Source: a virus
Taxonomy: Duplodnaviria; Caudoviricetes
Length of the DNA: 64,000 nt
Direction: 5' to 3' (one strand)
Virus record (IMG/VR): IMGVR_UViG_3300015050_000935
Location: 5,095-69,094 of that record
Shown here: positions 1 through 10,043 of the stretch, piece after piece
Layout of the letters: each line of letters opens with the position of its first letter
Position numbering within the stretch: the first letter of the stretch is position 1
The notes under the pieces: generated by a model
Seen by the model: the letters and a program-made list of their open reading frames with translations, nothing else
Databases searched by the model: none
Told to the model about the DNA's origin: nothing
Made by a program: the position numbers and the translations under genes

Positions 1-1810
1 CGTCCATGCCGTGGTCGCGCAGGTTGTCAGCGAAATACTCCCGCGCCGACTTATTGCGGCTCGGCAACGTCATCAGCATTTCCCGGTAGTTCTCGCCGCC
101 GGGGAGTTGATATTTCTCATATTTCGTCGGGGACCCGATAGCCTCGGGGTCCATGCCGCTTTCGCGCGCCGCGCGCTGCATATACCGGCGCTGATCTGTC
201 GCGCCCAAGGCATCCCACGATTCCCAACCGTGCTCGCGCGCCAAAGCCTCCGCCTTCGGTTGGAAATCGCTCTGGCCCTTCATCACCTCCTGCAACTCGA
301 CCTTGTTGCCTGCGATGTGGTCCATCACCTCCTGCTTGGTGACTGGCTGGCCCTTCTTGCCTGTGAGGAAGTCCGCCAGACCTGTCCATTGCAGTTCCTC
401 CGGCTTCACGCCGGGCTTATTCGACAGCGTGCCCAGCCACTGGTCGCCGGTCATCTTGGGCTGCTGGATTGCCTCCACCGCGCGTTCAACGCCGGAGAAA
501 AACCGGGGCGCGTGTTCGAGGGCCGCGAGCGGCGCGCCGGGGACTGCCGAGTCCGAACGGAAATTGATAACCGGCACCTCCTTGATGCCCAGTTCTTTCG
601 CCGCGATAGCCCGGTGGCGTCCGTCCTCCTTGCCGCCGGGATACAGTTGCAGCGGGTCAAGCGTCTTACCATCCAGCATGTGCTGCTTGAGAATGTCGAT
701 ATTTTCTCGGGACACCTCGTCAATCTTGAGAGGTCGCGCTTCTGCCAGAAATTCATCCGGCGTCATGGTCCCCATGCGCCCGCCGGTGGTTTCAAAATTA
801 GCTTCACCGTGCCATTCGCTGCGCGGCGCCATGGGGTATTCTTTCGGGGCGGCAGCCCGTCGCACAGGCCCCGCACCCAGCGTCGCCGCTGACGTGTCCA
901 ACGCGCCGAACGACGTGCCGCCCGCCATACCTGCGGTGTCCTGTGCGCGCTCGATCATCGTGTTGCTGGTGTGGAATTCACCGGTGCGCGGATCGCGCTC
1001 CCACTGCGGCACCTCGCCGCTCAGGACGTCACCAGGCAGCGTTGCGCCGCTGCGCGCCACCTTCTCCGGCCATGTCTGGAAACGCTCGCCGAACTGCCCC
1101 GTGAGCCGCTGGAAGGCCGAGCGATCGTCGGCGGGGGCTTCCGGGCGTTCCGGCTGCTGTGGCTTGAATTCGCCCATGATCCGCTGGCCGAGCGATCGAG
1201 GGTCAGCATCGAACTCTGGCAACAGCCGCGCGTTCTCCTCGGCCTCGTTCGTCGGGATGTACACCCGAGGCAGAGCCCCACCGGCATCGTACCCGACACG
1301 TCCGCCGGCAGCGCGTTTGATCGGCTGGGTGGTATCGCCGTCCTTGAGCCACGCGCGGAATTCATCCGGCGTCATCTGCTTGAGGTGGCCGAACCGCTTG
1401 TCCGCCTTCCCGTCAGAGAACGCCTTGCGATATGTCGCGAGTACGTGCTGCGGCGAGTTGAAGCCGAACCAGACCTTGTGTTCATCGAACTCGCCGGTCT
1501 TGGCGTCGTTCTGATCAAGCACGAACACCTTACGGCTGTTCAGGTGCGGCCCGACATAGACGTCCACGTGGTCGCCGTCCGCTCCCTCGGTCTTGCGGAT
1601 ATAACCGTAGTGGGCCGGGAGGCGGCACTGCCACGACTTGCCATCGGCATCGGTGCCACGCCGAATCGAACCATTGGCGTTCTCGATCACGATGGGAAGG
1701 CCGTGCGCCTTCACGCGGCCCTTGAGATAATTCCCGGCGCGCTTCTGGCCCTCGGTCGGATTGCTGTGCGTCCGCTGGGCCTGCTGGTGGAGGTGCTTTG
1801 CGAGGTCCAT
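1..1810 (-). CDS. Large polyvalent (probably injected) protein, 5' part; runs off the left edge. InPase domain, ParB-like domain and a further conserved domain
   Basis: Not in the ORF track because no stop codon lies in the window. Manual translation from ATG 1810: MDLAKHLHQQ...HYGYIRKTEGADGDHVDVYVGP...FDEHKVWFGF (phage InPase motif), EDGRHRAIAAKELG (ParB/Srx-like), FFSGVERAVE...GVKPEELQWTGL...YQLPGGENYREMLMTLP. Frame open to the edge. Confidence 0.8.
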   Translation of the reverse strand, partial: MDLAKHLHQQAQRTHSNPTEGQKRAGNYLKGRVKAHGLPIVIENANGSIRRGTDADGKSWQCRLPAHYGYIRKTEGADGDHVDVYVGPHLNSRKVFVLDQNDAKTGEFDEHKVWFGFNSPQHVLATYRKAFSDGKADKRFGHLKQMTPDEFRAWLKDGDTTQPIKRAAGGRVGYDAGGALPRVYIPTNEAEENARLLPEFDADPRSLGQRIMGEFKPQQPERPEAPADDRSAFQRLTGQFGERFQTWPEKVARSGATLPGDVLSGEVPQWERDPRTGEFHTSNTMIERAQDTAGMAGGTSFGALDTSAATLGAGPVRRAAAPKEYPMAPRSEWHGEANFETTGGRMGTMTPDEFLAEARPLKIDEVSRENIDILKQHMLDGKTLDPLQLYPGGKEDGRHRAIAAKELGIKEVPVINFRSDSAVPGAPLAALEHAPRFFSGVERAVEAIQQPKMTGDQWLGTLSNKPGVKPEELQWTGLADFLTGKKGQPVTKQEVMDHIAGNKVELQEVMKGQSDFQPKAEALAREHGWESWDALGATDQRRYMQRAARESGMDPEAIGSPTKYEKYQLPGGENYREMLMTLPSRNKSAREYFADNLRDHGMD

Positions 1811-1811
1811 A

Positions 1812-4760
1812 TCACTGCGCCACCGGTTGCCAGCCGTTGCCCATCCACTTCGCCGGTCCTTTCGGGGTGTTGTACACCTTGTTCAGTTCGCGCTGCTGCG
1901 GCGGCGGCAGCGCGCCACCACCCTCCGGCTTACTGCCGGGGCGATCCGCCACCGAGTGGTCGCCCGTCTTGGACGATGGATTGTAAATCCCCTCGATGTG
2001 CTTTTTGGCTTCTGGCATCGCCTTTTCTTCCGACACCAGTTCTTTCCGCATCATGTCGAGGACGGCCCGGAACTGCGCAGGCGTCTGCGCCGTGCTCAAC
2101 ATTTCCTCGGCGTGCTGCTTGTCGTGGACCGTCGGACGGCCACCGCTGATCGCGCGCGCGTACTCGTTGATAAGCGAGTTGACCGCCGCGCCGAGCGCGA
2201 CAATCTTCGGGTCGCCCGTCTTGGTGCGGTACGCATTGAGCACTTTGTTGACCGGCTGGAATTCGGTGCGCGGCACAGCGTCCGATGCTTCCTGCGCCAG
2301 ATCGGTCGCGCGGAACGCCGTGCGGCCATAGACCGACAGGTTAGCCATGATGGTGGCCTGACGACGCGAGGCGGTCACGTATCCGGCATTCTGCGCTGCG
2401 TTGCTCAGGATTTTGCGCGCCGCATCGCCCACCGATGTGCCGCCTTCCCGCGCCTTCTCGGCGACGCGCCTCTGCACAGCGGCGATGTTTTCTGCGCCCT
2501 GCGCGCCACGGCCAAACCCGATCAGCGCCCGCTGGTCGCCGGCCATCACCCGCTCGGCGAGGAGGTCTATCGTGTCCTCGTCAATAGACGGGCCAGCGGC
2601 AGGCCCCTTCCTCGCGGCTGCTGCGCGCGCCAGATATTCAGGATCGTTCGGACCTCCCTCGGCGGGGCGCAGTTTGCCGTCCGGCCCCACTTCAAAGCCC
2701 TTCGGCGGTGCGTTCTCGCTGACCTTGTTGTGGCGTTCCACCTCGGTTTGCGTGCGGTTACGGTGCGCGATGTCCGACGCGATCTTTTCAGCGTTCTGCG
2801 CCAGTTTCGCGGCGGTGGTCGCCTGCTCCTGCTCGCCCTTCTTGACGCCTGCGTAGGCACCGAACCCGGCCATACCGCCGTCGCCGATCGCATTGCCGAG
2901 GTTCGAGGATCGAGAGGACAGCATTCCAAGCCCGGCACCGAGCAGCCCGGCACGTTCCGCCGGCGTGAGTTTGAACAGCAGCCCACTGCGCTCCTCCGGC
3001 GCAAATCCCATCGCGGCGCTGCGCGGAGTCTCTGGTGCCACACCGCTCTCAGGTGACAATCCCGCGACCGCCGGACGTGCAGCCGGTGGCAGCGCATCGT
3101 CACCGCCTTCGGCCATCACCGGCGCATCATCAGGACGGGCGCGCGGCAGCGGCACATCACCGGCCAGCATGGCTGGTGAGGCTTTCCCGGTGGTGTAGTT
3201 CACGCCCTGCGGGTCAAACGTACCGTCCGCGATAGCCGTTTCAGCCGGGGCGAATCGCTCGGAGAAGTCCAAACCGCCCTTTGGCGGGGCGTCAGGCGCT
3301 GCAAAGAAATTCGGATTGGCCGGGTCGCCCCACGCCGGGTCGCCGTTCATCACGTCGTCGGGCGCGCCGCCGAGGGCAAAACCGGGGATGCCGCCGCCGC
3401 TCGCCATGAACGTCGGGACCGCATAGTCGCCAGCCGCTCCGATCACCGAAAGCGGCGAGGACACGCCAGGCGATCCCATTTCGGACGAGCCGAACCGGTC
3501 GCTCAGTTTCCCGGCGAGGCCCATGGCCTGGCTGATAATCTTCTGGGGATCGACGGTAGACTGGCCTTGGCTCGGCGCGCTCGGCGACGGGGCCGATGGC
3601 GCGCCGCGGCCTGCGGTGATGTTCATTTTGGGCACCCAGCCCACGCCCTCGGACCATGGCGTGCCGCTGATGTCTCCGCCACCGGCCATATGAGGGACGA
3701 ACCCGCCGCGCGCGCGCGCCGAATCATCCGTCACGCCCTTGAGGTCGATGTATTTCAGACCGCTGACGCCCTCGCCGACGTGCTCGGGGTGGCGCTCCTC
3801 GGCCTCCTGCGCCATCGGGCCGATATGCCAGTCCGGCGAGCCCTTGTAGCGATACCGGTAAATGTTCTGCCCATCGTTCATCTTGCCGATGTGCTGGATG
3901 TCCTCCTTGGCGCGTTCATCCGACAGCATCGCCGCCGCCGACAGGCCAAGGCCGAGATATTGCGCCGTCTGATTCGGGGCGGGAGCCGTGGACGTCCCTG
4001 TGGACGTGCCGCCGAGTTGCGAGCCAACGCCGGTCTGGAGCCCCGCCAGCCACTGCAAGGTCTGGAACGGGTACGCCTGCTGCTGGGTGTACTGGCCATA
4101 ATTGGCCGTGTCCTGCGCCTGCTGTGTCTGCTGCTGGAGCGTGCCAGCGCCCAACTGCGCACCGGCGCCAGAGAGGGCCGCGCTCTGACCGGCCACGCCG
4201 AGATTGCCGAGCGAATATGCCGCGCTCTGCTGCCGCGCCTTGTCGCCCTGCGCCGCCGTGAGAGCCTGCTGGTAGCTGTTACTGTACAGGCCAGCGATGA
4301 CTGGAGCCTGCGAAAGCTGCTGCTGTCCGGCGAGGTTTGCCGACGCCACGCCAGTGCGGTTGCCGCCGAGCGCGCCCTGTGCGATCGCGTTGCTGGTCAG
4401 CCCCTGCTGCGCCTGCTGGTTCTGGTTGTTGAACTGCGCCTGCGTCGCATCCACGACCTGCTGGGTGTACGGGTTTTGATAGGCCGCGATCTGGTCAGGG
4501 GTGACTGTAGACGCCCCCTCGCGCGCGTATCCCGCCGCGTCCTGAATGTACGGCTGCGCAAACCCGGCGTTGGAATTGATATTCCCGATCGCCAGTTGCT
4601 GCTGGGAGTTTATCGGCGCGGTCAGTTCGCCGCTGTACGCCTGATAAGGGGTGTTCGCCACGCCCGACGCGCGGGCAATCAGATCACGATACGCGGCCTC
4701 GGCCTGCGGGTCTGCGGATGACGTGCTGGTGGTGGTGGTCTGCTGCTTACCCTTGCCCAA
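1812..4760 (-). CDS. Internal virion/DNA-ejection protein, 982 aa, Gln-rich N-terminus and internal peptidase S74 (intramolecular chaperone) domain
   Basis: MGK-TTTTTS start, Q/A-rich region, SDERAKEDI...IYRYRYKG...GPMAQE S74 motif; located after the tail genes. Confidence 0.75.
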   Translation of the reverse strand: MGKGKQQTTTTSTSSADPQAEAAYRDLIARASGVANTPYQAYSGELTAPINSQQQLAIGNINSNAGFAQPYIQDAAGYAREGASTVTPDQIAAYQNPYTQQVVDATQAQFNNQNQQAQQGLTSNAIAQGALGGNRTGVASANLAGQQQLSQAPVIAGLYSNSYQQALTAAQGDKARQQSAAYSLGNLGVAGQSAALSGAGAQLGAGTLQQQTQQAQDTANYGQYTQQQAYPFQTLQWLAGLQTGVGSQLGGTSTGTSTAPAPNQTAQYLGLGLSAAAMLSDERAKEDIQHIGKMNDGQNIYRYRYKGSPDWHIGPMAQEAEERHPEHVGEGVSGLKYIDLKGVTDDSARARGGFVPHMAGGGDISGTPWSEGVGWVPKMNITAGRGAPSAPSPSAPSQGQSTVDPQKIISQAMGLAGKLSDRFGSSEMGSPGVSSPLSVIGAAGDYAVPTFMASGGGIPGFALGGAPDDVMNGDPAWGDPANPNFFAAPDAPPKGGLDFSERFAPAETAIADGTFDPQGVNYTTGKASPAMLAGDVPLPRARPDDAPVMAEGGDDALPPAARPAVAGLSPESGVAPETPRSAAMGFAPEERSGLLFKLTPAERAGLLGAGLGMLSSRSSNLGNAIGDGGMAGFGAYAGVKKGEQEQATTAAKLAQNAEKIASDIAHRNRTQTEVERHNKVSENAPPKGFEVGPDGKLRPAEGGPNDPEYLARAAAARKGPAAGPSIDEDTIDLLAERVMAGDQRALIGFGRGAQGAENIAAVQRRVAEKAREGGTSVGDAARKILSNAAQNAGYVTASRRQATIMANLSVYGRTAFRATDLAQEASDAVPRTEFQPVNKVLNAYRTKTGDPKIVALGAAVNSLINEYARAISGGRPTVHDKQHAEEMLSTAQTPAQFRAVLDMMRKELVSEEKAMPEAKKHIEGIYNPSSKTGDHSVADRPGSKPEGGGALPPPQQRELNKVYNTPKGPAKWMGNGWQPVAQ

Positions 4761-4784
4761 ATTCCATTTCCACCTGATCGCGCG

Positions 4785-5258
4785 TCAGGCTGATTGGAGC
4801 CCGGCGCTTGCAGGGCGGTGGATGAAATAGCCCCCGCAGGGGTCGCCGAGTTGTCGGCGGTAGAGTTCGAGCTTCGGTTTGGTGCGTTCATTCGACACCA
4901 CCCCGATCACAAGGGGAATACCTAACTCATTCGAGCATCGCTTGCCAAACGAAATCATGTCCTTGGCGTGGGTGGACCGGCGGAATTCCGGGTGGACATA
5001 GCAGAAAATTTCCTCAAGGCAGTATTCATCGGTGTACCAGAACTGTCCGATGGACATGAGGATAGCGCCCTCGATGCGGTTCTGCCCCACCACCCCGATG
5101 ACCGCGCCGCCACGATTGAACGCGCGGTCCACCATGCTCTCCACCTTGGGCATAGACAGCGCGAACTGGCCGTTCTCGCCGTGGTTCTGACGGCAGATTT
5201 CCAGTATCTCGCCCCGGAGGTCCGGCGTGGCCTTGCGGACTGTCGAGACGGTCAGCAT
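4785..5258 (-). CDS. GNAT-family acetyltransferase-like protein
   Basis: EEIFCYVHPEFRRSTHAKDMI GNAT motif A-like segment; typical position beside ejection genes. Confidence 0.65.
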   Translation of the reverse strand: MLTVSTVRKATPDLRGEILEICRQNHGENGQFALSMPKVESMVDRAFNRGGAVIGVVGQNRIEGAILMSIGQFWYTDEYCLEEIFCYVHPEFRRSTHAKDMISFGKRCSNELGIPLVIGVVSNERTKPKLELYRRQLGDPCGGYFIHRPASAGLQSA

Positions 5259-5521
5259 CAGTTGATTTCCTCGGCCTTCGGCTTGGCGTCTTTCACCTGA
5301 TCGGCGAGGATGCGGCCCAGCGTGTCATAAACCTGCTGCGCGCAAAACAGGTCCATGCGCAGGTTGACAGACACATGATCGTCCACCGCGACAACTGGCG
5401 TCCCATCCGGGCCCGACGTCGGCACATAGCCGTTGGTGGTGAAAGCCACGTTCACGACGCCGTTGGCGAATCCGCTCACGGCCACGGCGTTCACAAAATC
5501 AATCTTGCAGCGATCGTTCAT
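5258..5521 (-). CDS. Hypothetical protein, 87 aa
   Basis: Coupled ORF in the operon. Confidence 0.6.
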   Translation of the reverse strand: MNDRCKIDFVNAVAVSGFANGVVNVAFTTNGYVPTSGPDGTPVVAVDDHVSVNLRMDLFCAQQVYDTLGRILADQVKDAKPKAEEIN

Positions 5522-5533
5522 GGAAGGCGCTCC

Positions 5534-5977
5534 CTATTTCGTTGCAGGCCCCGGCAGCTTGCCGAGGGTTTTGATGTGCTTCTTTCGATTCTCGATCACC
5601 CATTCGTCAAGGATTTTGTGGCCCTTGTCCATATCTCCGCCGCCAATCTCGGCGACGCGCTTTGGGGAAATCACATACTCGCCATCGGCGGCCATGATCG
5701 GTACGCCCTGCGAATCCTCGCCGCCTTCACCGCCCAGCGGCTCTCCGTCGTCGCCAAACATTTCCTCAAGGATTTCGAGGCCGTTGGCGGTGTTGCCCTC
5801 GCCGAGGCTGGACACATGATCCGCAGGCAGCACATACGCGCCCGGCGGCACCTCGATCGGGACGTGATCGGCGCGGCCTCCGGTGGCCCCGGCCAGAGGC
5901 CCGACATGCACGCGGCCTCCGTCGGCGCGGCGCTGGCGCTTCACTTCACGGGCGATTCGCAGGGCTGCGTCTGTCAT
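5534..5977 (-). CDS. Virion-associated protein with RADGG...GGRAD.VP...GAYV and ADGEYVISP motifs
   Basis: Start chosen at 5977 (TGATG overlap with the upstream stop); motifs resemble the xxGG...GEFV module of tape-measure proteins. Confidence 0.65.
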   Translation of the reverse strand: MTDAALRIAREVKRQRRADGGRVHVGPLAGATGGRADHVPIEVPPGAYVLPADHVSSLGEGNTANGLEILEEMFGDDGEPLGGEGGEDSQGVPIMAADGEYVISPKRVAEIGGGDMDKGHKILDEWVIENRKKHIKTLGKLPGPATK

Positions 5978-6237
5978 CAGAATGTACTCAGGCTGGCTCG
6001 AACCCATGTGTTCGTCGCGACGCAAACATAGAAGTGGGTCGCATCATAAGCAACTTGTCCGGAGACGCCGGTGGATGAAGCCGTGGGAGGCACGCCAGAC
6101 CAGTCAGGGAATTTGGCGGCAATCTCTCGCAGGGTCTGGAGCGTCAGGCCGCCGTTCTGCGCCATCTGCTGCAACACGGTGACAAGATCGGTAACCGCGC
6201 CGCCCTGGCCGGGGCCGTTTGGGCCAACATCCGCCAT
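5977..6237 (-). CDS. Small tail-associated protein
   Basis: C-terminal PPTASSTGVSGQVAYDATHFYVCVATNTW, a segment common in phage tail proteins. Confidence 0.65.
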   Translation of the reverse strand: MADVGPNGPGQGGAVTDLVTVLQQMAQNGGLTLQTLREIAAKFPDWSGVPPTASSTGVSGQVAYDATHFYVCVATNTWVRASLSTF

Positions 6238-6240
6238 GTC

Positions 6241-8298
6241 TTATCTCCGCCCTGCGGTTGACCACCGGAAGCGCACGCGACCGAGGCGCCAGAAACTGTT
6301 CAGGTCCGAACTCTGCACCGTGATGCTCATTTGGCGGCCCCGAATACGGGTCGAGATATACTCCGTCGCCTGCGTGACTGTATAGGGGCCGTGGACCGTC
6401 GGCGTGTCGCCGGGGTAGTTCAGGACGTTGAACGACATGGTGAGTTGCGCAGTCTGCGCCGCCCCGTAGAACCCCCATTTCATGTCGGGGATAATCTGGT
6501 CGATGAACGCGAAATCCTCGCCCTCGGCGATGAAAAAATAACCGGTGGTGAAACTGGACACCATCGGCGCGCCGGCGGCGTTGTTCGTCGTCTCATGCTG
6601 GTAAACCACGCCGGTCGGCACCGCGCCGATCGGCGGTCCCAACACGGTCTGGTCGATCCACGCCGAACGCGGGAGCAGCCCGTTGTCCCATGGCGTTCCG
6701 GGCTCCGTCACATTCATCTTGACGTAGGAATCGCACTCGCCGTTGGCGCTGGCGGTCGATGGGTACAGCCAGCCGACCTCGTTGAACGGCGTGTTCGGCA
6801 TCGCCCGGATGTTCTGGATGAAATCCGTATTCAGATTTTGGAAAACGGCATCCCACACCGAACACGGCAGCACCGTGACGCCGCCCGAGTTGTAGACGTA
6901 GAAATTGGAGCGGCCCATCCAGTAGACGCTGCCGCGGAACTGCTGCGCCGCGTGGCTGGAGGCGAGCCCGGCCCCGGCGCCGATCTTGTTGAACCCGTAG
7001 GTGTTCGGATAGCCGACATACGACATGGCCCACAGGTCGAGGTCCGTCCAGATCAGGTTCTGGTTCGCGACAGCCATGCCGCCGACGATCATGGAGCCGA
7101 TCGGGATACGGAAATTTCCGGCCTGCGTGTTGGACAGCGCGCGCCATTCAAAGAAGTTTCCGACGTCGCACCACTGCACCAGCATCGGGTCCTGCTGGAC
7201 GCCGATGCCCTGCCCGCTCGCCGCATAGTCGATCGAGGACCCGTAGGCGACCAGGATTTGCTGCGAGGTGGAGACGAAGATGCCGCGATTGAAGATCGGG
7301 CCAGAGGCCACCAGCGAGGCATTGAAGAACCCGCCGGTCGGGTCCCAGTAATAAATCCCGCCGTCCTCGGGGCACGCCAGCACGATCTGGCCCCAGTTGT
7401 CGCTGGTCCAGTCCGTGGCCGAGATTTCGTCGCCAATCTGATTCGGGTTGACGACACCCGTCCCATAGCCGCCGTCGCCGTAACCGCCGAGGCCATAACC
7501 CGCCCCCGGCGGGGGCGGCCCGAGCGCGATGTAATAGACCAATTCCGCATCGCCGCCATTCATTGAGAACGAACCCGATGCGGTCGCCGTCTGCGCGGTG
7601 CTGATCGTGAACGTGTTGGGGTCCTGCACACTGTTGACGGTGTACGATCCCAATATGGTGACCCCGTTGGCCACGGTTGAAATCCCGAACACCACCGTGT
7701 CCAGTGTGGCGGTCAGGCCATGATCGTTTAGGGCCACCTCCACAATCGAACTGTTGGACGTCGTGGTGAAATCTGGGACGGCTCCGCCGTTGGAGGCGGT
7801 GGCTGTGGCGAGCGTGGCGGCCACAATGGTGTACGTGGTCACACCGGTGATGCTGGCGATCGGGTAGAGCCCGGAGAGGATGATGCCCCCCACCGAAATC
7901 GGCGTGTTGAACAGCACCGAGTCGTAGACTGTGACGTCCGCGATGTTGGGGTCGTCCACCTCCACGATCGCCGAACCGCTGATGGTCGAGAAGTCAGGCG
8001 GGAAGTCAGAAATCAGCGTTTGCGGAGTGATGTCCGTTAGGTTGCCCTCGGCGATCACGGCAAGCTGCGCGGTGGTCCCGACCAGAAGGTGGCTGCGCGC
8101 GTTCAGGTCATCCCATGCGTGCATGTCCCGCGGCACGCCGGCCAGCGACAACGGATAGAACGGCGTCCAGCCGCCATACTTCTGCGCCAGCCGATCCTTG
8201 AACCGGATCAACTGTCCCTGCGCGTAGCCAGCCTCCAGCAACGTCGGGGTGCGTTCGACGTTGATGCCGGGGACGAGTTGGACGCTGCCGAACGGCAT
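6241..8298 (-). CDS. Podovirus tail nozzle/stabilisation protein (tail tubular B-like), 685 aa
   Basis: PGINVERT...IRFKDRLAQKYGGW N-terminus, WRLGRVR C-terminus, size and position. Confidence 0.7.
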   Translation of the reverse strand: MPFGSVQLVPGINVERTPTLLEAGYAQGQLIRFKDRLAQKYGGWTPFYPLSLAGVPRDMHAWDDLNARSHLLVGTTAQLAVIAEGNLTDITPQTLISDFPPDFSTISGSAIVEVDDPNIADVTVYDSVLFNTPISVGGIILSGLYPIASITGVTTYTIVAATLATATASNGGAVPDFTTTSNSSIVEVALNDHGLTATLDTVVFGISTVANGVTILGSYTVNSVQDPNTFTISTAQTATASGSFSMNGGDAELVYYIALGPPPPGAGYGLGGYGDGGYGTGVVNPNQIGDEISATDWTSDNWGQIVLACPEDGGIYYWDPTGGFFNASLVASGPIFNRGIFVSTSQQILVAYGSSIDYAASGQGIGVQQDPMLVQWCDVGNFFEWRALSNTQAGNFRIPIGSMIVGGMAVANQNLIWTDLDLWAMSYVGYPNTYGFNKIGAGAGLASSHAAQQFRGSVYWMGRSNFYVYNSGGVTVLPCSVWDAVFQNLNTDFIQNIRAMPNTPFNEVGWLYPSTASANGECDSYVKMNVTEPGTPWDNGLLPRSAWIDQTVLGPPIGAVPTGVVYQHETTNNAAGAPMVSSFTTGYFFIAEGEDFAFIDQIIPDMKWGFYGAAQTAQLTMSFNVLNYPGDTPTVHGPYTVTQATEYISTRIRGRQMSITVQSSDLNSFWRLGRVRFRWSTAGRR

Positions 8299-8309
8299 CT
8301 GTCTCTTTC

Positions 8310-9311
8310 TTACGTCTTGATAAGCCAGACACCGGCGACGATGGATGGCTGCACATTGGCCGGCAGCGTCTGGGTCACACCACCATTGAGGTTGAGATTC
8401 GCCGTGATGCCGGTGGTTTTTGAACCGGTGTTGGTGTTCGTCTGCGAACTCGCCGACGCAATCGCCGGACCTCCGTTGTCGGATGACGAAAGGTTTGTCA
8501 GCGTATAGGTGTGGAAGTGCCCAGGGTCCACGATGTTAACGGTCACAACCTGATTCGGCAGGTCTGACCGCACCATTGCGGCCATCGTTTGCAGGCCGCC
8601 CGCTGCACCGATCGTCTGGCCATCAATGCCGCAGCCCGCAACAGTGATTCGGGTGCCCGTACCATCGTAGGCCAGAGGGACCCGGCCCTGCATGTCCGGC
8701 ACGCCGAACGTGGTGATGCCGTTGCCACCGAACTTGTTGCCGTACTTTGCGCCGAGCGCCGGATAATCGGCGACCAGATACGTGGCCGTGCCGTCGGCGA
8801 GCAGGTATGGCCGCTTGGTGCAAGCCGCGACCCACGCAGGGAGGCCGGTTTCGCCGCCCTCAAATTCCATCTTTCCAGGACGGCCCTCGATGCCCTCCAC
8901 AAACCGGACATTGGTGCCGTCGCAATAGACGCGCACCCGCGATCCCTGCGGCGTGGAAATCACCTCGCCCGAGCCCACGGCGCGGAAAATGACAAGGAAG
9001 GCGCCGGTGGTGATGTTCTCCAGCACCATATAGCCGGGCGTCGGCAGGGTGACGGTGACGTTGGCCGAGAGCGCGCCGGAAAATTGAATAACCGCGTTCT
9101 GCGATTGGACCGGCCCCGGGCCCGGCGTCGGCGTGAACCCGGCGGGAGCAGTGAGAGTGACGGGGACGTTGGACAGGGCAACATTGGCCACGCCGGCGAA
9201 CATGCCGTCAATTGCGGAAAAGTCCGCGTTGACCGGAGTGTCCCATGTGCCGGGGTTGCTGCCGCGCAGCGGGACTGCAAGCCCTACGTTGACTGTCTGT
9301 GGGTCTGCCAA
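8310..9311 (-). CDS. Tail fibre/tail-collar domain protein
   Basis: YLLADG...YPALGAKYG...GGNGITTFGVPDMQGRVP collar motif; TTG start after AGGAG. Confidence 0.8.
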   Translation of the reverse strand: MADPQTVNVGLAVPLRGSNPGTWDTPVNADFSAIDGMFAGVANVALSNVPVTLTAPAGFTPTPGPGPVQSQNAVIQFSGALSANVTVTLPTPGYMVLENITTGAFLVIFRAVGSGEVISTPQGSRVRVYCDGTNVRFVEGIEGRPGKMEFEGGETGLPAWVAACTKRPYLLADGTATYLVADYPALGAKYGNKFGGNGITTFGVPDMQGRVPLAYDGTGTRITVAGCGIDGQTIGAAGGLQTMAAMVRSDLPNQVVTVNIVDPGHFHTYTLTNLSSSDNGGPAIASASSQTNTNTGSKTTGITANLNLNGGVTQTLPANVQPSIVAGVWLIKT

Positions 9312-9323
9312 GGCACACTCCTA

Positions 9324-10031
9324 TTAAGTTCGCGGCGGCGTCGCCACCGGGTCCGGCTGTTTGCTGCTCCATCCTTCTGATGTGAATTTCTTGCGCAGTT
9401 CTTCGATCGAGGCCGATGGTAGCAGCTTTTGGAAGTGAGACTCCCAAGAAACTGCGGACTGCGGATCGTCGCCCTGTGCGGAAAAGTTCTTCTGATAGCC
9501 GCAGGCGAATACCATGCCCGCAGCAATCACGAGGTCCGGCAGGTTGACGGACAGGAACGTGGTCTGATTAGCCGCCGACATTGGCGCCGGCCGCTGCGTG
9601 CCGACGACTTCAACCTGATAGTTTCCGTCTGGCCATGGCCCGACCACGATGCTGGACTGGGTGATCATCCCGAACAACTGCGGCACCCCGGCCCCAGCCG
9701 AACTCGGATACAGCATGTCAATGACTTCTTTCGTCGCGGGCAGCAGCGGATTCCGCGTCCCCAATTCAGGGTCCGTTGTGCCCGCCGGGGTGATGACATT
9801 GATGTCCTCGATCACCACAAATCCGGTGGGAAGCGAGAAGTTGCGATTGCCTGACGTGAGCGCCGCCGATGAATTGCGCACGATCGTGGCCAGCAAATCG
9901 AGTTCGCGGTAAAGCCGCTGCTCCAGGTCGTCAATGATGTTCGGGAGCGCCAGCACATAGCCGGGGTCATCAACCGGCACCACCATGAGGTTGGCGATCG
10001 ACGTGGTGAATGTGTTGTACGTGAGCGACAT
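9324..10031 (-). CDS. Putative head-tail adaptor/tail tubular protein
   Basis: EQRLYRELDL and IVVGPWPD..Y.VEV motifs; position. Confidence 0.55.
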   Translation of the reverse strand: MSLTYNTFTTSIANLMVVPVDDPGYVLALPNIIDDLEQRLYRELDLLATIVRNSSAALTSGNRNFSLPTGFVVIEDINVITPAGTTDPELGTRNPLLPATKEVIDMLYPSSAGAGVPQLFGMITQSSIVVGPWPDGNYQVEVVGTQRPAPMSAANQTTFLSVNLPDLVIAAGMVFACGYQKNFSAQGDDPQSAVSWESHFQKLLPSASIEELRKKFTSEGWSSKQPDPVATPPRT

Positions 10032-10043
10032 TTACCGGCCCCG

